DNA from: Batkoa obscura | Lineage: Eukaryota | Assembly: GCA_030770535.1 (NCBI GenBank) | Contig: JASVEC010000020.1 | Coordinates: 372,001-436,000, forward strand | Reading direction: 5' to 3' | Length of the DNA stretch: 64,000 bases | In this document: in pieces, positions 11,672-23,925 of the stretch | Layout: each line of letters starts with the position of its first letter | Position numbering within the stretch: the stretch's first letter is position 1 | Position numbers and translations under genes: made by a program | Notes under the pieces: generated by a model | What the model saw: only the letters and a program-made list of their open reading frames with translations | Databases searched by the model: none | What the model was told of the DNA's origin: nothing

Positions 11672-12969
11672 TTATTTGAGTTTAATTAAATTCAACATTG
11701 GGATTCTTTCAGCTTCATCATAATAAGCTAGATCCGCTTCATATGCTATAGGGGCAATAAGTAACAGAGGAGTAGTAAGACTATACTGAACTTTTATGTT
11801 CATACTTTCCAACTTAAAAGAGTTTCTAATTTTAAGAAGTCTAAGACATGGAAAAAGGGCCAAAAAACATAAAAGTGTATTAAATGAAAAGTTAAATTTA
11901 TCAATTGAAATTTCTCTTATAGAATTGCACTTAATTGAATTATATTCTTTATTATAAAGATCGTTTCCATTTAAATTAGTTTTGTTAAATATTTCCTTTA
12001 CATTAAAACAAAGCTCATCAAAATAAATAGTTTGGATATTTGTTAATGGTGAAATTAAATGTAATATGGTTTTTGAAAATTTATTGAAATAAATTTTTTT
12101 TAATGTTGGTAGCTTTGAAAAATTATAATGAATTATGTCGTTTGAGTTGAATTTTCCTAAAGAAAAAATGTTGCCATTTTCGATTAAAGTTAAACTATCA
12201 TGCTCATTGTCAATATCAGAATAAGAAGTATCATAATCAAATAATTTCATCTCTCTTAATTGCTTCAAATTATCTAAACATTTTATATAAAGATTATCTG
12301 ATCCTCCTTTGATTGTTAATTCTATATTTGCACTAAGATTAATATAGGAATCAAATAGAGTAGGAATAAGAATTGTTTTTTTTGATTTTAGATGTAGAAA
12401 TCTTAATTTCTTAAACTTTCTAATAATATCTAATCTATCAAGATGAAATATACAATCAGAATACATTTCCAATACTTTTATTTTATATGAATCCAGGCCC
12501 TTGATATTGTCTTCAATAAGTGCAACATTCCCATTAATTTTAAATACTTCAAGTTGCTTTAATAATTATCAAATAATACTATCGGTTGTGAGTATTTATA
12601 AGTTAAACATAGTTTCCTTAACTTCGGAAAGTTAATGGTTAGTTTATTATAATGTTTATTGAATAATTGTGTATAAGCTATAGATACTATATTAGGACAA
12701 AAGTTTAAAAGTTCAATTGTATCATCATTTATATTTATATGCTTTATCAATGCTCCATTTTCTATAGTAAATTTTTTTTGATAGTTGTAATATTTTCCAT
12801 ATTCATCATGATCATAAACCCAATGAATTAGATGAGACTTGATGACTTTTCCAACAACTTTAAACAAGTACTTATTTAAGAAACATACGTTGAATAGATC
12901 AATTGGATCGAAGTATCTAAAAATGTCTTCTAGTAAAATCTCGGATAGATATTCAAAGGTTAAACTCAT
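11672..12969 (-). pseudogene. F-box-like/LRR-like family gene D, intact except for one 1-nt frameshift at ~12560 (432 aa if restored)
   Basis: ORFs 12559-12969 and 11672-12472 join if one T is added (NY-L-KQLEVFK, as in paralogue B NYLNQLEVFK); N-terminal F-box-like MSLTFEYLSEILLEDIFRYFDPIDLFNVCFLNKYL. May be a real CDS with a sequencing error. Confidence 0.7.
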
Positions 12970-13090
12970 TTTGAAGTGGGATATAAAATAAAAGAGTTTG
13001 TTTTATTTATCTTTTATACTTTTTGAATATCATACCAATTAAATCATGTTTGTCTATAATGACTAAAACTTTGTGTAATAGACTACTAGT

Positions 13091-13193
13091 ATATGGAGAT
13101 GTATTTTTGTGTTTAACAATTTTATCAACAGTTTTTCCGCTCAAATAGCACTTAAAAAATGGAAAAAGTAATGAAACCAAAACATCCCCATAT
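13091..13193 (+). mobile_element. MITE copy 8
   Basis: ATAT-GGAGATGT...ACATCCCC-ATAT. Confidence 0.9.
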
Positions 13194-13242
13194 AACAGAC
13201 TGAAATTTATTCGATAGTACACTATCTTCATGAAAGCTAAGT

Positions 13243-13702
13243 ACACATTAATAAAATAAAATATTATCAATTTTTAACGAAAGTTTGTGTCATTTTACAT
13301 AAAAAAGTAGTAATTGACTTAAAAGGATTGATTTATTTTCAACCAAGAAATTTATCGATTTTTTGACTTTTATCTTTTAAAGCAAAATTATAAAATAAAA
13401 CTTTAACTTCAAAAATCTAAAATGATGTCAAAAAGTTCTTTTAAGTGATATTAAAAGATTTGTTAGTTATTCTATATCCAAAGCTTGATGTTTATTTAAA
13501 ATCTGAGGATTTTGAATTTTATACCACATTAAATTTTAAGCTTAAATTTTATATCCTTCAACTAAGCTTTAATAAATCAATAGTATTTTTGTAATTTTAC
13601 ACACATAAATTTAGGCCATTTTTTGAAGTCAGTTACTACTTTTTTGTGTAAAATGACACAAACTTTTGTTAAAATTGATAACACTTTATTTTGTTAATGT
13701 GT
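13243..13702. mobile_element. ~460-bp non-autonomous element with ~80-bp terminal inverted repeats
   Basis: 13243-13324 matches the reverse complement of 13621-13702 with few mismatches (…gtttgtgtcattttaca.aaaaaagtagtaa.tgactt…); no ORF inside. Confidence 0.7.
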
Positions 13703-15024
13703 GCTACAATTTTTATAGAAATGTGTGGCGTGAATCATTTATAAAATAATGTAAACTGTAATTCTATAATGATCTGAATTTTAATCTATGAGAAGTGAAA
13801 CTTCGCCCAATAATGATTGGAGTTTAGTTATAAGTACTTAAATCATTTGTTGGGCTTAAATTTACTGTAAACAAAAATAACTTATTGATGCTAGAGCTAT
13901 TTATATTTATCTATTAGTGATGATAGTCTTTAACTAATGAAAAGCTTTATAAGGAATCCATCATCTAAACTATGCCCATGATAGTTGTATTCTATATAAC
14001 CAACTTATAAATAGTCAAAACTTAATATGAAGTTCATTATACTATATGATTTAAATTTACTTGGTCAACTATGAAAAAAGGCTCGATATCTTTAATTTAA
14101 TCTTACGTTTGATTATTTTATAACCAGGAATTAATAATGTAAATTTCCTTTTGCTAATACTGTTCGAATATAAATGATATAAATTTTAAGAGTGAATAAT
14201 GATTGACCATTTTTTAATAAAAGCAAACTATAGGTTTCACAAAGTGAAGGGCTATTTTTTCTAGTCTTTTCTAACAAGCTAAATGGTCTACAGTTGTATT
14301 TATATTAAAGGGTTTAAGGATTTGATTGAATTAGATATATACTTTTTAGTTTGAAATAAGTTCAAACTTACAAAATTAAGACTCTATTTTCTTAGCATCA
14401 ACATCTAATTTACGATATTTAGATAATTTAACATGGAAAAAAGTTATACTTCAGATACAAATTAGTGTATATCAGTAACCCAAAGCTAAAGAAGAATATC
14501 AAAGCTAGAAACATCATTTTTATTTTAATTAAAGCGCTTGAGTCATTAATTATTTAATAGTACTTTTATTTTTTAAAAACAAAATAATATTTTTAAATGT
14601 GACTGCGATTTTAACTATAAAATTAAACTCTATTTTTATTCAAAAACTAGGATCATGATAATGTTCTATTAGGAATTTATAGAAAGAATATTGGTACTAA
14701 TTTTATATTTATTATATATTTATTATATATAATAATGAAAAACAATAAAGTATAAAGTAATAAAATTTTGTTGAAATTATTTTTTTGAGAAATGCTGACA
14801 AATAAATATTATTCAAACTCGGGAAAGCAGGTTTTAATAAGCAACCAATAAAGAATGAGCGACATTGAAGTAAATGTATAAAAGCACGCCATATTTTTTC
14901 AAAATGAAGTAAAAAATCCTTTTTATTACACCATTGAAAGCAAAATGTATTTAAACAAAACAATGAACTATGAGTAAACAACAGTTAACATTTTTAATTT
15001 ATTATTAACATTTATTTAAGTGAA

Positions 15025-16111
15025 ATGGGAAAAGATCGTAGTGTTGGTGAATTATTGAATTTATTACAGATAAAGTTACCTATTATTGGTGCTCCAATGG
15101 CTGGAGTAAGTGGAGGTGAGTTAGCAGCAGGTGTACAATTAGCAGGAGGTTTAGGTTTTATAGCCGTAGGCTACAATAATGAAAGTTTTTTAATTGAGCA
15201 ATTAGAACATGCAGTACTCCAATTAGAGTTATCACAACCAAGTTTACCAAACCCACAAAGAAGTTTACCTATTGGAATCGGATTTATTACATGGAAAATT
15301 CAAGAGAGTGTATTTGATTTAGCATTAAATGCGAATCCAAAAGCACTTTGGTTTTCATTTGGGAATTATAATTCTTATTTATCTAAGGCGCGCCATTTTA
15401 ATCCTAATATTAAAATTTTTATTCAGGTAGATAATGTACAAGAAGCTTTAATTGCTGCTAAAGATGGAGCTGATGTTATTATAGCACAAGGTTTAGAGGC
15501 CGGTGGTCATGGTCCTAAAGAAGGATTATCTACTTTTGTTTTGATTAGTAATATACTTAGAGAGTTTGAAAATATAAAAAATCCACCTTTAGTTATTGCT
15601 GCCGGAGGTATTGTTGACTGGCGTGGTTTATCTGGTGCTTTAGCTATAGGTGCTACTGGAGTAGTTTTAGGCACAGCTTTAACAGTGGCTAATGAAAGCT
15701 TATTAAATCCTAAAGCTAAAGATTTAATTGTTAAAGCTGACTCAGATAGCACTTTAAGTACTGGAGTCGTTGATCAATTACGCGGTATCGATTGGGATTT
15801 AAATAGATTTGGAGCAAGAGTATTAAAAAATCAAGTAACAACAGGAGAAATAAAAATCAACAAAAAGGATTATGAAAGTGCTAGAAAAGAAGGAAATTAT
15901 AATATTTTGGTAATTAATTTTAATTTAGTTTTTTTTTGTATTTAATTTTATTTAGGGTATATTTGCAGGTATGGGAGTAGGTTTAGTAAAGGAGCGCAAA
16001 AGTGCAAGGGAAATTATTGATAAAATAGTTAAAGATTATTATTATTTACATTTACAACATCGTTCACGCCAACAATGGATCCCAGTTCCTTCTACTCACT
16101 CTAAATTATAA
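15025..16111 (+). CDS. nitronate monooxygenase / 2-nitropropane dioxygenase family flavoprotein; 2 exons (intron 15910-15955); C-terminal SKL
   Basis: PIIGAPMAGVS, AGGLGFI, IAQGLEAGGH, IAAGGIVD motifs; spliced exon 2 reads GIFAGMGVGLV...HSKL*. Confidence 0.9.
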
Positions 16112-16146
16112 ATAAACTGTTTTTTTATGCAACTTACTTATAACCT

Positions 16147-17148
16147 TTAGTTTATATTATCATCTTGTTTTAGCTCCTCATCTATAGGTATTATACTATT
16201 TATATTGTGTAATTCATTTTTTATTAAATTTAATTTATTATATTGATTAATAAGCTGTTGTAAAGAAATCTTGGAGTCATCCATTATTTGATTTAAACTC
16301 ATTTCTAACTCAATTTTCTTTTTTGTAACATGACTATCTTTTTCAATAATTTGTTTGATTCCTTTTTCTTTTTTTAATTCCAATAATTCTTCCTTTAATG
16401 ATATTGTTTCTTGTTCAATTGCATCATACTTTTCTTTAATTTCTACTTCTCTTTTTTCTGCTTGAATACAACGAATAGTAACATTCTTTAACTTGTCATT
16501 ACTCTCTTTCTGTTTATTTTCAGCATCGTTGATCCTATGATTTAATTCTGTTATGTGAAATTGAGCTTTTGATAATTCTGAGGATATAGTAGCAATTGTT
16601 TTTTTTTGCTGCTCAATTAAATTCTTATAATTCTCTAACTCAAGTTCCTTTTCTTGCTTAGGTGACAATGGTAATTTTTTTGATCTTGAATTTAAATTAA
16701 AAAGTCCCAATCCATTACCATTCCTTTCCATTTCTAAATCAGATGCTTCACTATCAATATCTTGAAAATAATTGAGCTCTAAACTGTTTTCCTTAGCTTC
16801 GTTGATTGCACTAAACCCTGATTGATAATTTGGCGATAACTCGGACAAATAATGATTGAATGTCAGCGAACTGGACCTCGAATGTTGTCGGATACTAGGC
16901 AATTTCCTTTCATTACTTTTGTCATTCTTTAGACTTTGCGGGTTTAAATGAGACCTAGATCTTAGCTCATTAAAATTATTACTACTATTATCTAAAGGGC
17001 TGCTATTTAACTTTGGTGGAGTAGTAAAGAAAGGTGAGTTTATAGGATAATTTCTACTTTTTTCCTTCATTGTTTGATTCCATCTTTTGGTATTTGTCTC
17101 ATAATTATCTGGTTGAAATTCTTTATTGTATCTTGGTAGTTGGTCCAT
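16147..17148 (-). CDS. hypothetical protein, disordered N-half and coiled-coil C-half
   Basis: 333-aa intronless ORF; Ser/Pro/Asn-rich N-terminus, heptad E/K/L-rich C-terminus. Confidence 0.7.
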   Translation of the reverse strand: MDQLPRYNKEFQPDNYETNTKRWNQTMKEKSRNYPINSPFFTTPPKLNSSPLDNSSNNFNELRSRSHLNPQSLKNDKSNERKLPSIRQHSRSSSLTFNHYLSELSPNYQSGFSAINEAKENSLELNYFQDIDSEASDLEMERNGNGLGLFNLNSRSKKLPLSPKQEKELELENYKNLIEQQKKTIATISSELSKAQFHITELNHRINDAENKQKESNDKLKNVTIRCIQAEKREVEIKEKYDAIEQETISLKEELLELKKEKGIKQIIEKDSHVTKKKIELEMSLNQIMDDSKISLQQLINQYNKLNLIKNELHNINSIIPIDEELKQDDNIN

Positions 17149-18151
17149 CTTTAAAAAAATAATTTCTTATTTCTCCACTTTTTAAATTTTTATTTGGATT
17201 ATTGTTATACCTCACATGTGGATAACTAATGATATCATTTTTGATTGGCCATACTGAGTTTAAATTGCCTCTTTAAGCCAATCAAATAGAATTAATTTAT
17301 AGTTTCAAGTCATTTACCACCATGATCGTTTTAATTTATTCTTTTATAATTAAATTAATTAAATTAATAGAAAACTTAAATATATTTAATGTTTTGAAAC
17401 TTCTACATAAGAAAATACCGTAAAATATTATAGATAGCTTTGGGTTATTATTCTTTAAAAAATCCTATTGTATTTTAATTTTTTTTGGATATTGAATCAA
17501 ACTCCTTTCTACTCTCTTTTATTTTCCTTATATAAAGTGAGTTCTAGACTTTTAATAAATGCATATTTTCGAAAATAATTTTTGCACTAAAGTCATAGTT
17601 TAGTCTTAGCCCTTTTGGTCTCATAGACGAGATATTTTGTCCAATTTAGTGTAGTTAGCAATAAATTCTATTTATAGCGAGTTTATTTTTTAAAATTTAC
17701 TTGGTACTAAAGGGGTAAAATAACTGAGTTTAAAAACTATAAAATAACAAAACAAATTATACTATAAAACGATAACTTGTAAATAGACTGATGGTATAAA
17801 CTTTAATTTATGATAACTTAAATAGTATAGAAATCAGATTGTAAAAATAGACTGAGTATTTGTTAACTTACTACTGCTTTTATAAAGAAATATACAAAAT
17901 ATTTAATATAAGATGCACTTTAAACTGACAAATTTAAAATCAATGATAAATGATAACTAAATAATAACATTAATAAAGTACAGTTATATTCTTTGCTGAT
18001 ATTGTTCATTTGCTTATCAATACAACAGCATCATAGTTATTTTGATTTTTTCAAAACTTTAATTTTCCTTTTAACCAATAAAAACCGAACAATTTTAAGT
18101 CTATAATTAGTTTTCATTTTCAAACTTTATCTTTCTTATATTAAATAAGCT

Positions 18152-19346
18152 ATGGGATTAAGAAAAGCTAATACAACGTTCAAAGCCTTGAATCAAGTAT
18201 TTAAAAGGAGCATAACCAATAATGCTAATGAAAAACAAGCCGTCCTTGAAGAATTGGGTAAAAGTAAAGTGGCTGAAAGAAGTAACAGGATTACGATATC
18301 TACCACGGATTTAAGACCTAGTCCATTTAATATTAGTTTGGAAAGTAAACAAAGGAAAGCCGATTTATTGGGTTTGAGGAATTTTATTCCAGGAGATATA
18401 GAAAAGCCAAAAAAAGTTGAAAAGGCTGAGTTGAAATTGGATGAAGCTAGTAATCAACTTGAAAGGAAGAAACTGTAAGTTTTAAAAAAAAATTGAACTA
18501 TAGTTTACTTAATCATTTTTTAGTACTAGGAAAATACTAACTCCCTATTATCAAGATTTTCATGGTACTTTTTAATTTTACTTTTTACTTTTAAGATTTT
18601 ATATTAATTTTCAGACATTCGTAATACCAATGGTAAGCTTTTCGAAGCAATAGAAAAAGAAGTAACCGAAAAGGTAAGGTGTTTTGACTAAAAAGAACAA
18701 AAGCAATAACAGAAAACAAATCCAGGAATCCTTTTATATGCCAAACATGGAGTTACAGCCTTTAAGTAATCAAAATGTACATAAAAAATCAAATTCAAAA
18801 GTGGAATTAATGGATATGTTGGATAAAAAAGTAAGCTTAGTTGCATTTTATTTATCTCAATATGGGGAAAATCAAGCTCAAACCTTCGTTCATCCTTTTT
18901 TAAACTTTTTAAAATCGGTACCAAAAGAAAATCAAAACGAACTACAGTTAATTGAAGTAAGTTTAATGTATAGCTGTTTAATTTAAGGTGTTTATTTATT
19001 ATAGATTAATGTGTCTGAACAATGGATGAAGGGGCTTATATCACGCTTGTTTCAATCTAAAATACGTAATCAACTAAATGAAGAAAGACAAGTAAGTTTT
19101 TTAATAGTATACAATTATAATAGAGATTGATTGTTTATATCTTAATAGTTAAATTATTTATTTAAATATGGAAGTATTGAACAAGTAAGAGAAAAGTTGG
19201 GAATGGTGAATGGGTTAATCGGTTATGTATTTTTGATCGATAAAAATTCAAAAATTCGTTGGTATGCGAATGGAAATGCCACTAGTAATGAGATTACTAC
19301 TTTATTAAGTTTGGCTAAACATCTTACATTGAATCCAAGGGCCTAG
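18152..19346 (+). CDS. ATP10: mitochondrial ATP synthase assembly factor, multi-exon
   Basis: Basic presequence; spliced YYQDFHDIRNTNGKLFEA..ESFYMPN; C-terminal MVNGLIGYVFLIDKNSKIRWYANGNA typical of Atp10. Confidence 0.8.
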
Positions 19347-19565
19347 TACTGTTTATAAGCTCTTCATTCTATTCTTTAAATTTAAAAAATAATAATATTA
19401 GATGTTACATCATAGGTTTCATATTTTTAATGTTTTACTATTTAATTAATATTTATAATACAGTCATATTGACCTATACAAATTTTAAACAATATAAAAA
19501 GTGATTACTGTTTAAATAAAAAAAGTTAAATTTTATTCGAATCTTAGTTACAAAGTGCTATTAAA

Positions 19566-20858
19566 TTATTCCCTTTCAAAGATAGCAGCCATACCCATAC
19601 CAGTACCAATACACATAGAGATAGCTCCAAGTTTCTTGTTTTGTCTTTTAAGTTCTGGGAAGAGGGTGGCAACTTGGCGAGCTCCAGTACAACCTAAAGG
19701 ATGACCAAGAGCAATAGCTCCTCCTTTTGGATTAACTTTGTTATAATCTAAACCAAGTTTTTCGATACTGTAAACAGCTTGAGATGCAAAGGCTTCATTT
19801 AACTCAACGATTTCAATATCTTGGACTTGAACTCCGGCTTTTTTAGCAGCAGCTGGAATTGCATAAGCTGGTCCAACACCCATAATATGTGGTGGTACAC
19901 CAACTACAGCTGAAGAAACATATTTACCTAAGATAGGTAATTTGAGTTGCTCAGCTTTGCTACGACGCATTAATAAGACAGCGGCAGCACCATCGGATAC
20001 TTGAGAAGCGTTACCGGCAGTGGTGAAACCATCCTTAGAGAAGGCTGGTTTAAGTTTATTCAAAGTTTCAAAGGTGGTTTCTGGGCGGATACCATCATCT
20101 TTAGTTATAGTAACCTTCTTTTCATTACCTTCTTTATCAAGAACAATGGTTTCAACTGGGATGATTTCCTCATCGAAATATCCATTTTTTTGTGCAAGTG
20201 CAGCTTTTTGATGAGAAGTAGCAGCAAATTTATCTTGTTTTTCACGTGATACTTTGAATTCTTTAGCTACATTTTCTGAGGTGATACTAATTAACAAATA
20301 TAAAAATTTAAGTAACACATATATATAATAAACTTACCCCATAGGTAAAAGAGATTCTGCAGCCTGTTTAGTAGAGTTTACAGCTTCAGAGATAGAAGTT
20401 GGTTGAGCTTGAGCACCATAATGCATGGTCATAGATTCAACACCAGCAGCAATACCAACATCAATCAAGTTAGCTTGAATTGAGGAAGCGATGGCAGCAA
20501 CAGCTTGAAGACCAGAAGAGCATTGTCGGTTAACAGAATAAATAGGAACAGAGTCTGGGATACCGGCATGTAAAGAGGCCATACGAGACATAGTGGCAGC
20601 AGTACCAGTTAATACATTACCTACAGCTATGTCTTCAACTATTTTTGGATCAATCTTACTCTTTTGAATAACAGCTTTGAATACGGCGGACAATAAGTCT
20701 TCGATATGAGTATCTTTGAAACCACCTTTACGTGCGCGAGTGATTGGGGTACGCAAAGCAGCTATGATAACTACATCGTCACCTGATTTGTGACCTACCT
20801 TAGTAGCGTTTTTGGTAGATAACTGATTGCTGATTTGGTTTAATCTTTGAGAAGCCAT
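19566..20858 (-). CDS. POT1: peroxisomal 3-ketoacyl-CoA thiolase; intron 20287-20337
   Basis: VNRQCSSGL, NEAF, GHPLGCTG, CIGTGMG motifs; N-terminal PTS2 RLNQISNQL. Confidence 0.93.
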
Positions 20859-22076
20859 TTTAAAATTAAGTTTTAAATTTCAATTGACGTATATTTATAC
20901 TTTTAGTTTTAACTCCTAATTAAATTAATGAGGTTGATTGGTTCCCTATAATTTACTAATTACTAATCCTTACCAAGTATTCATTGTCTATTTGAACACT
21001 TATTGGCTGGTTCTGGATTCAATTGCAAGTGCCATTCATTCTCTCAGCTGATTTTTATTAAGCAGTTAAGAATGGAAAACCATGTGAAAAAAGGATATTA
21101 GTTCCCTCAAGCATGGCTTCAATTAACTGAATGCGGGAGTAGCAGAGTGAGCATATTATTATAATATTTATTCAGAAGATACACTATAATACTATTCAAA
21201 AAATAGTAGTTTTAAAAGAGATTCTAAGTTTAAAACTAATATATTAAAACTAAAATCTACGCTTAGAATGAGTTTATTAGATTTAATCACTAGCAGGTTT
21301 TAATTACTAGCAATTGTTCTCTATTGTTTAATAGAATAATCCAATTTCGCAAAAATAAATTGTCATTTTGAAACGCAAATTTAAATTTTAGCCTTGATGT
21401 TTATATTTTCTATAATTATAGAGATTTCTCATATTTTTAGTTACTTCTCATTTAATCCACCTCTTTTCAAACTTTGTTTGTATTAGGTTTTTCCAAAAAC
21501 TATTTGAATTTTTCAAAAGTCCAAAACAATAGTGGTGTAGAATTGAGATAGTATTTAGATTTTATACATTTTTATTTATATATATAATTTGTACTAATGC
21601 AACCAATGACTATATGCTTTTTAATAATAAAGGAAGGAATTTATGGAAACCTAAGATTACACAATAGAAGAAAACATTTTAAAGATCATAAATGAAAACA
21701 TTTTATTAGGCTGATTTATATTTCAGAAATTTTATAACTAAAAAAGCAGTCAAAGGTAGCTAAATAACCACTGCAGCGGTTGAAGAAATTTATTAAAATG
21801 AACACTGTCTTCAAACATTAAGGAAATCTACTGATGGGACTGACAGCATACTATTTAATACATGCACAAAAAACACCTGCTATACAAAAGCCAATCTACT
21901 ACATATTAAAAAAATTGAGTGAAAAGATAAGAATATCAAGTATCCATTCTTATAATGAATTTTTTTTCAGTGTTCAACCATCTTAAAATTAAAGTCAGTA
22001 TTTAAATAAATTATCTATTTTATTAAAACTATATCCCGGAAAACAACATCAACATTTAATTATATCATTAACAACA

Positions 22077-22691
22077 TTAAGCCCTTTCTAATATAAAAAG
22101 CCATTTGAAATAAATCTTTATCTTGGAGATAAAGATATGTAAATATTTTCTACAATAATCATCTATGAAATCAACCACCAAAATATGACAAAAAAATATC
22201 AAAACCAAAGGAGTAAGTAAGCCTAAGATAACAATTCCAATTAGGCTTTGAAAGATAATGCCAAGGATTGCCCCAGTACTAATACCGACACAAAAAAATT
22301 TTAAAATTTGAATAAAAAACTTGTAACGGATAGCTAAAAGACCAAGGGTGAAACTGAATAATGTAACAAGCACTAGTAATATCACCAAAGGAACTCTAGC
22401 TTCATCTAAGGGCTCAATATTTGTTAAAAATTTCTCAAAAGTTAAATCCAGATGGGTGTTTATACTTATGAATAGTACTCCTATTGTAAGCAATATATAC
22501 CAGATTACAAAAGTCACTGTTAGTATGTACACTAAATTTTTGAAGCGTTGGGATAAGGCCAATAGTATGAATAAAATAAATAAAAGATTGAAAAACCAAA
22601 AAGAGATTATTTTTGAAATTGGATTTATGTTAATAAATAGAGAGTATAGTACAGTCAGTATAATTTGTTTGAAGAAAAGAGTTAGAACCAT
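22077..22691 (-). CDS. hypothetical multi-pass membrane protein
   Basis: 204-aa ORF with ~6 hydrophobic segments and a Gly-patterned helix (GISTGAILG). Confidence 0.45.
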   Translation of the reverse strand: MVLTLFFKQIILTVLYSLFININPISKIISFWFFNLLFILFILLALSQRFKNLVYILTVTFVIWYILLTIGVLFISINTHLDLTFEKFLTNIEPLDEARVPLVILLVLVTLFSFTLGLLAIRYKFFIQILKFFCVGISTGAILGIIFQSLIGIVILGLLTPLVLIFFCHILVVDFIDDYCRKYLHIFISKIKIYFKWLFILERA

Positions 22692-22889
22692 TACATAACA
22701 AATATTGATAAATAAATTGAAAGATCAAATCTAAAAGATTATTTATTTGTTTTTATATACTTCACTTCATAAAGTTCTATTAATCTAAAAGAACTTTAAT
22801 AAATTAATTTTTATTATTACAAGTCAGAGCTATTCGCTCTCTTTTTGTGAGCTTTAGTTTTGAATAGGAATTGATTTATCAAATTTACT

Positions 22890-22991
22890 ATATGGAGGTT
22901 TTTTTTTGCTTCATTATTTTTTCCATCTTTTAAGCACTATTTGAACGGGAAATTGTTAGTAAAATTCTTACACAAAAATACATCCCCATAT
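22890..22991 (-). mobile_element. MITE copy 9
   Basis: ATAT-GGAGG...ACATCCCC-ATAT. Confidence 0.88.
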
Positions 22992-23194
22992 TTAATTTAT
23001 TACACAAAAGTTTTGAATAACTTATAAGTCTTTTTTCAAATAGCGAAATGATATATTCTGAATTAATTCGTTATCAATATTGTTTTTTAGAATAGACATG
23101 AAATTTAATAGAATAATTTAGTGTAAAATGTAAAACTACAATTAAGCATTATAAACTAATATATGTGTTTACATCTAAATAGCAGTCCTTTAGT

Positions 23195-23296
23195 ATATGG
23201 GGGTGTTTTTTGGTTTCATCACTTTTTCCATTTTTTAGGTGTTACTTGAGTGGAAAGATTTAGTAAAATTCTTAAACCTAAAGCACATCCTCATAT
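23195..23296 (-). mobile_element. MITE copy 10
   Basis: ATAT-GGGGGTGT...ACATCCTC-ATAT. Confidence 0.9.
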
Positions 23297-23925
23297 TAAG
23301 CTAAATGACATAAATTTGGTACTCTTAGATAAACTATGAATTTGCTTAACCTTTTAAAAAAACCTTTAGATAAAGATAAGACCATCCTCTGCTTTAGACA
23401 TGTATTATCAAACTAATAGACTATGTGTTGAAAACAGTAAACCAAAATAAATTTGTTTAAAGGTTCTTTGAAAATAAGTGAATAGGAAATTAACGGTAGT
23501 GCTAAATTTAGATAGTTCTATAATAATATTATTGCTTGGGACTTGCTTAAATTGAATATGTTAAGGGTCTGTTTCAAGAACAATTCCTGGCTATTAATTC
23601 GATGTTATGGGTCAGTTTTGTAGCAATATTTGTTAGCTTGATGAATTTTGATAGAATTAAATCAATCTCATTTGGACAAAGGTGTTAAACTTTTGTAACA
23701 ATTAATATAAATCGAAAAAATAGTATCTTATATTTAAACAAAGATTCTAACAATTTTTTAATGTGAGAAATTTAATCTCAAATATAACAACTTTTTGAAT
23801 TGTTACCCAAAAAATAAATCCAAAATAAACTAAAATTATTGGTTAAAATTAAATCCAAAATTTCAATAAATTAAATAATCAAATTCAAAAGTATTTGTTT
23901 TTATACTAAATAGACAGCGTGTAAT

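Noticed and set aside
21077..21083. AAACCAT as the snR30/U17 m2 motif
   Set aside because: No ATATTCCTA m1 motif and no ACA box 7 nt downstream.
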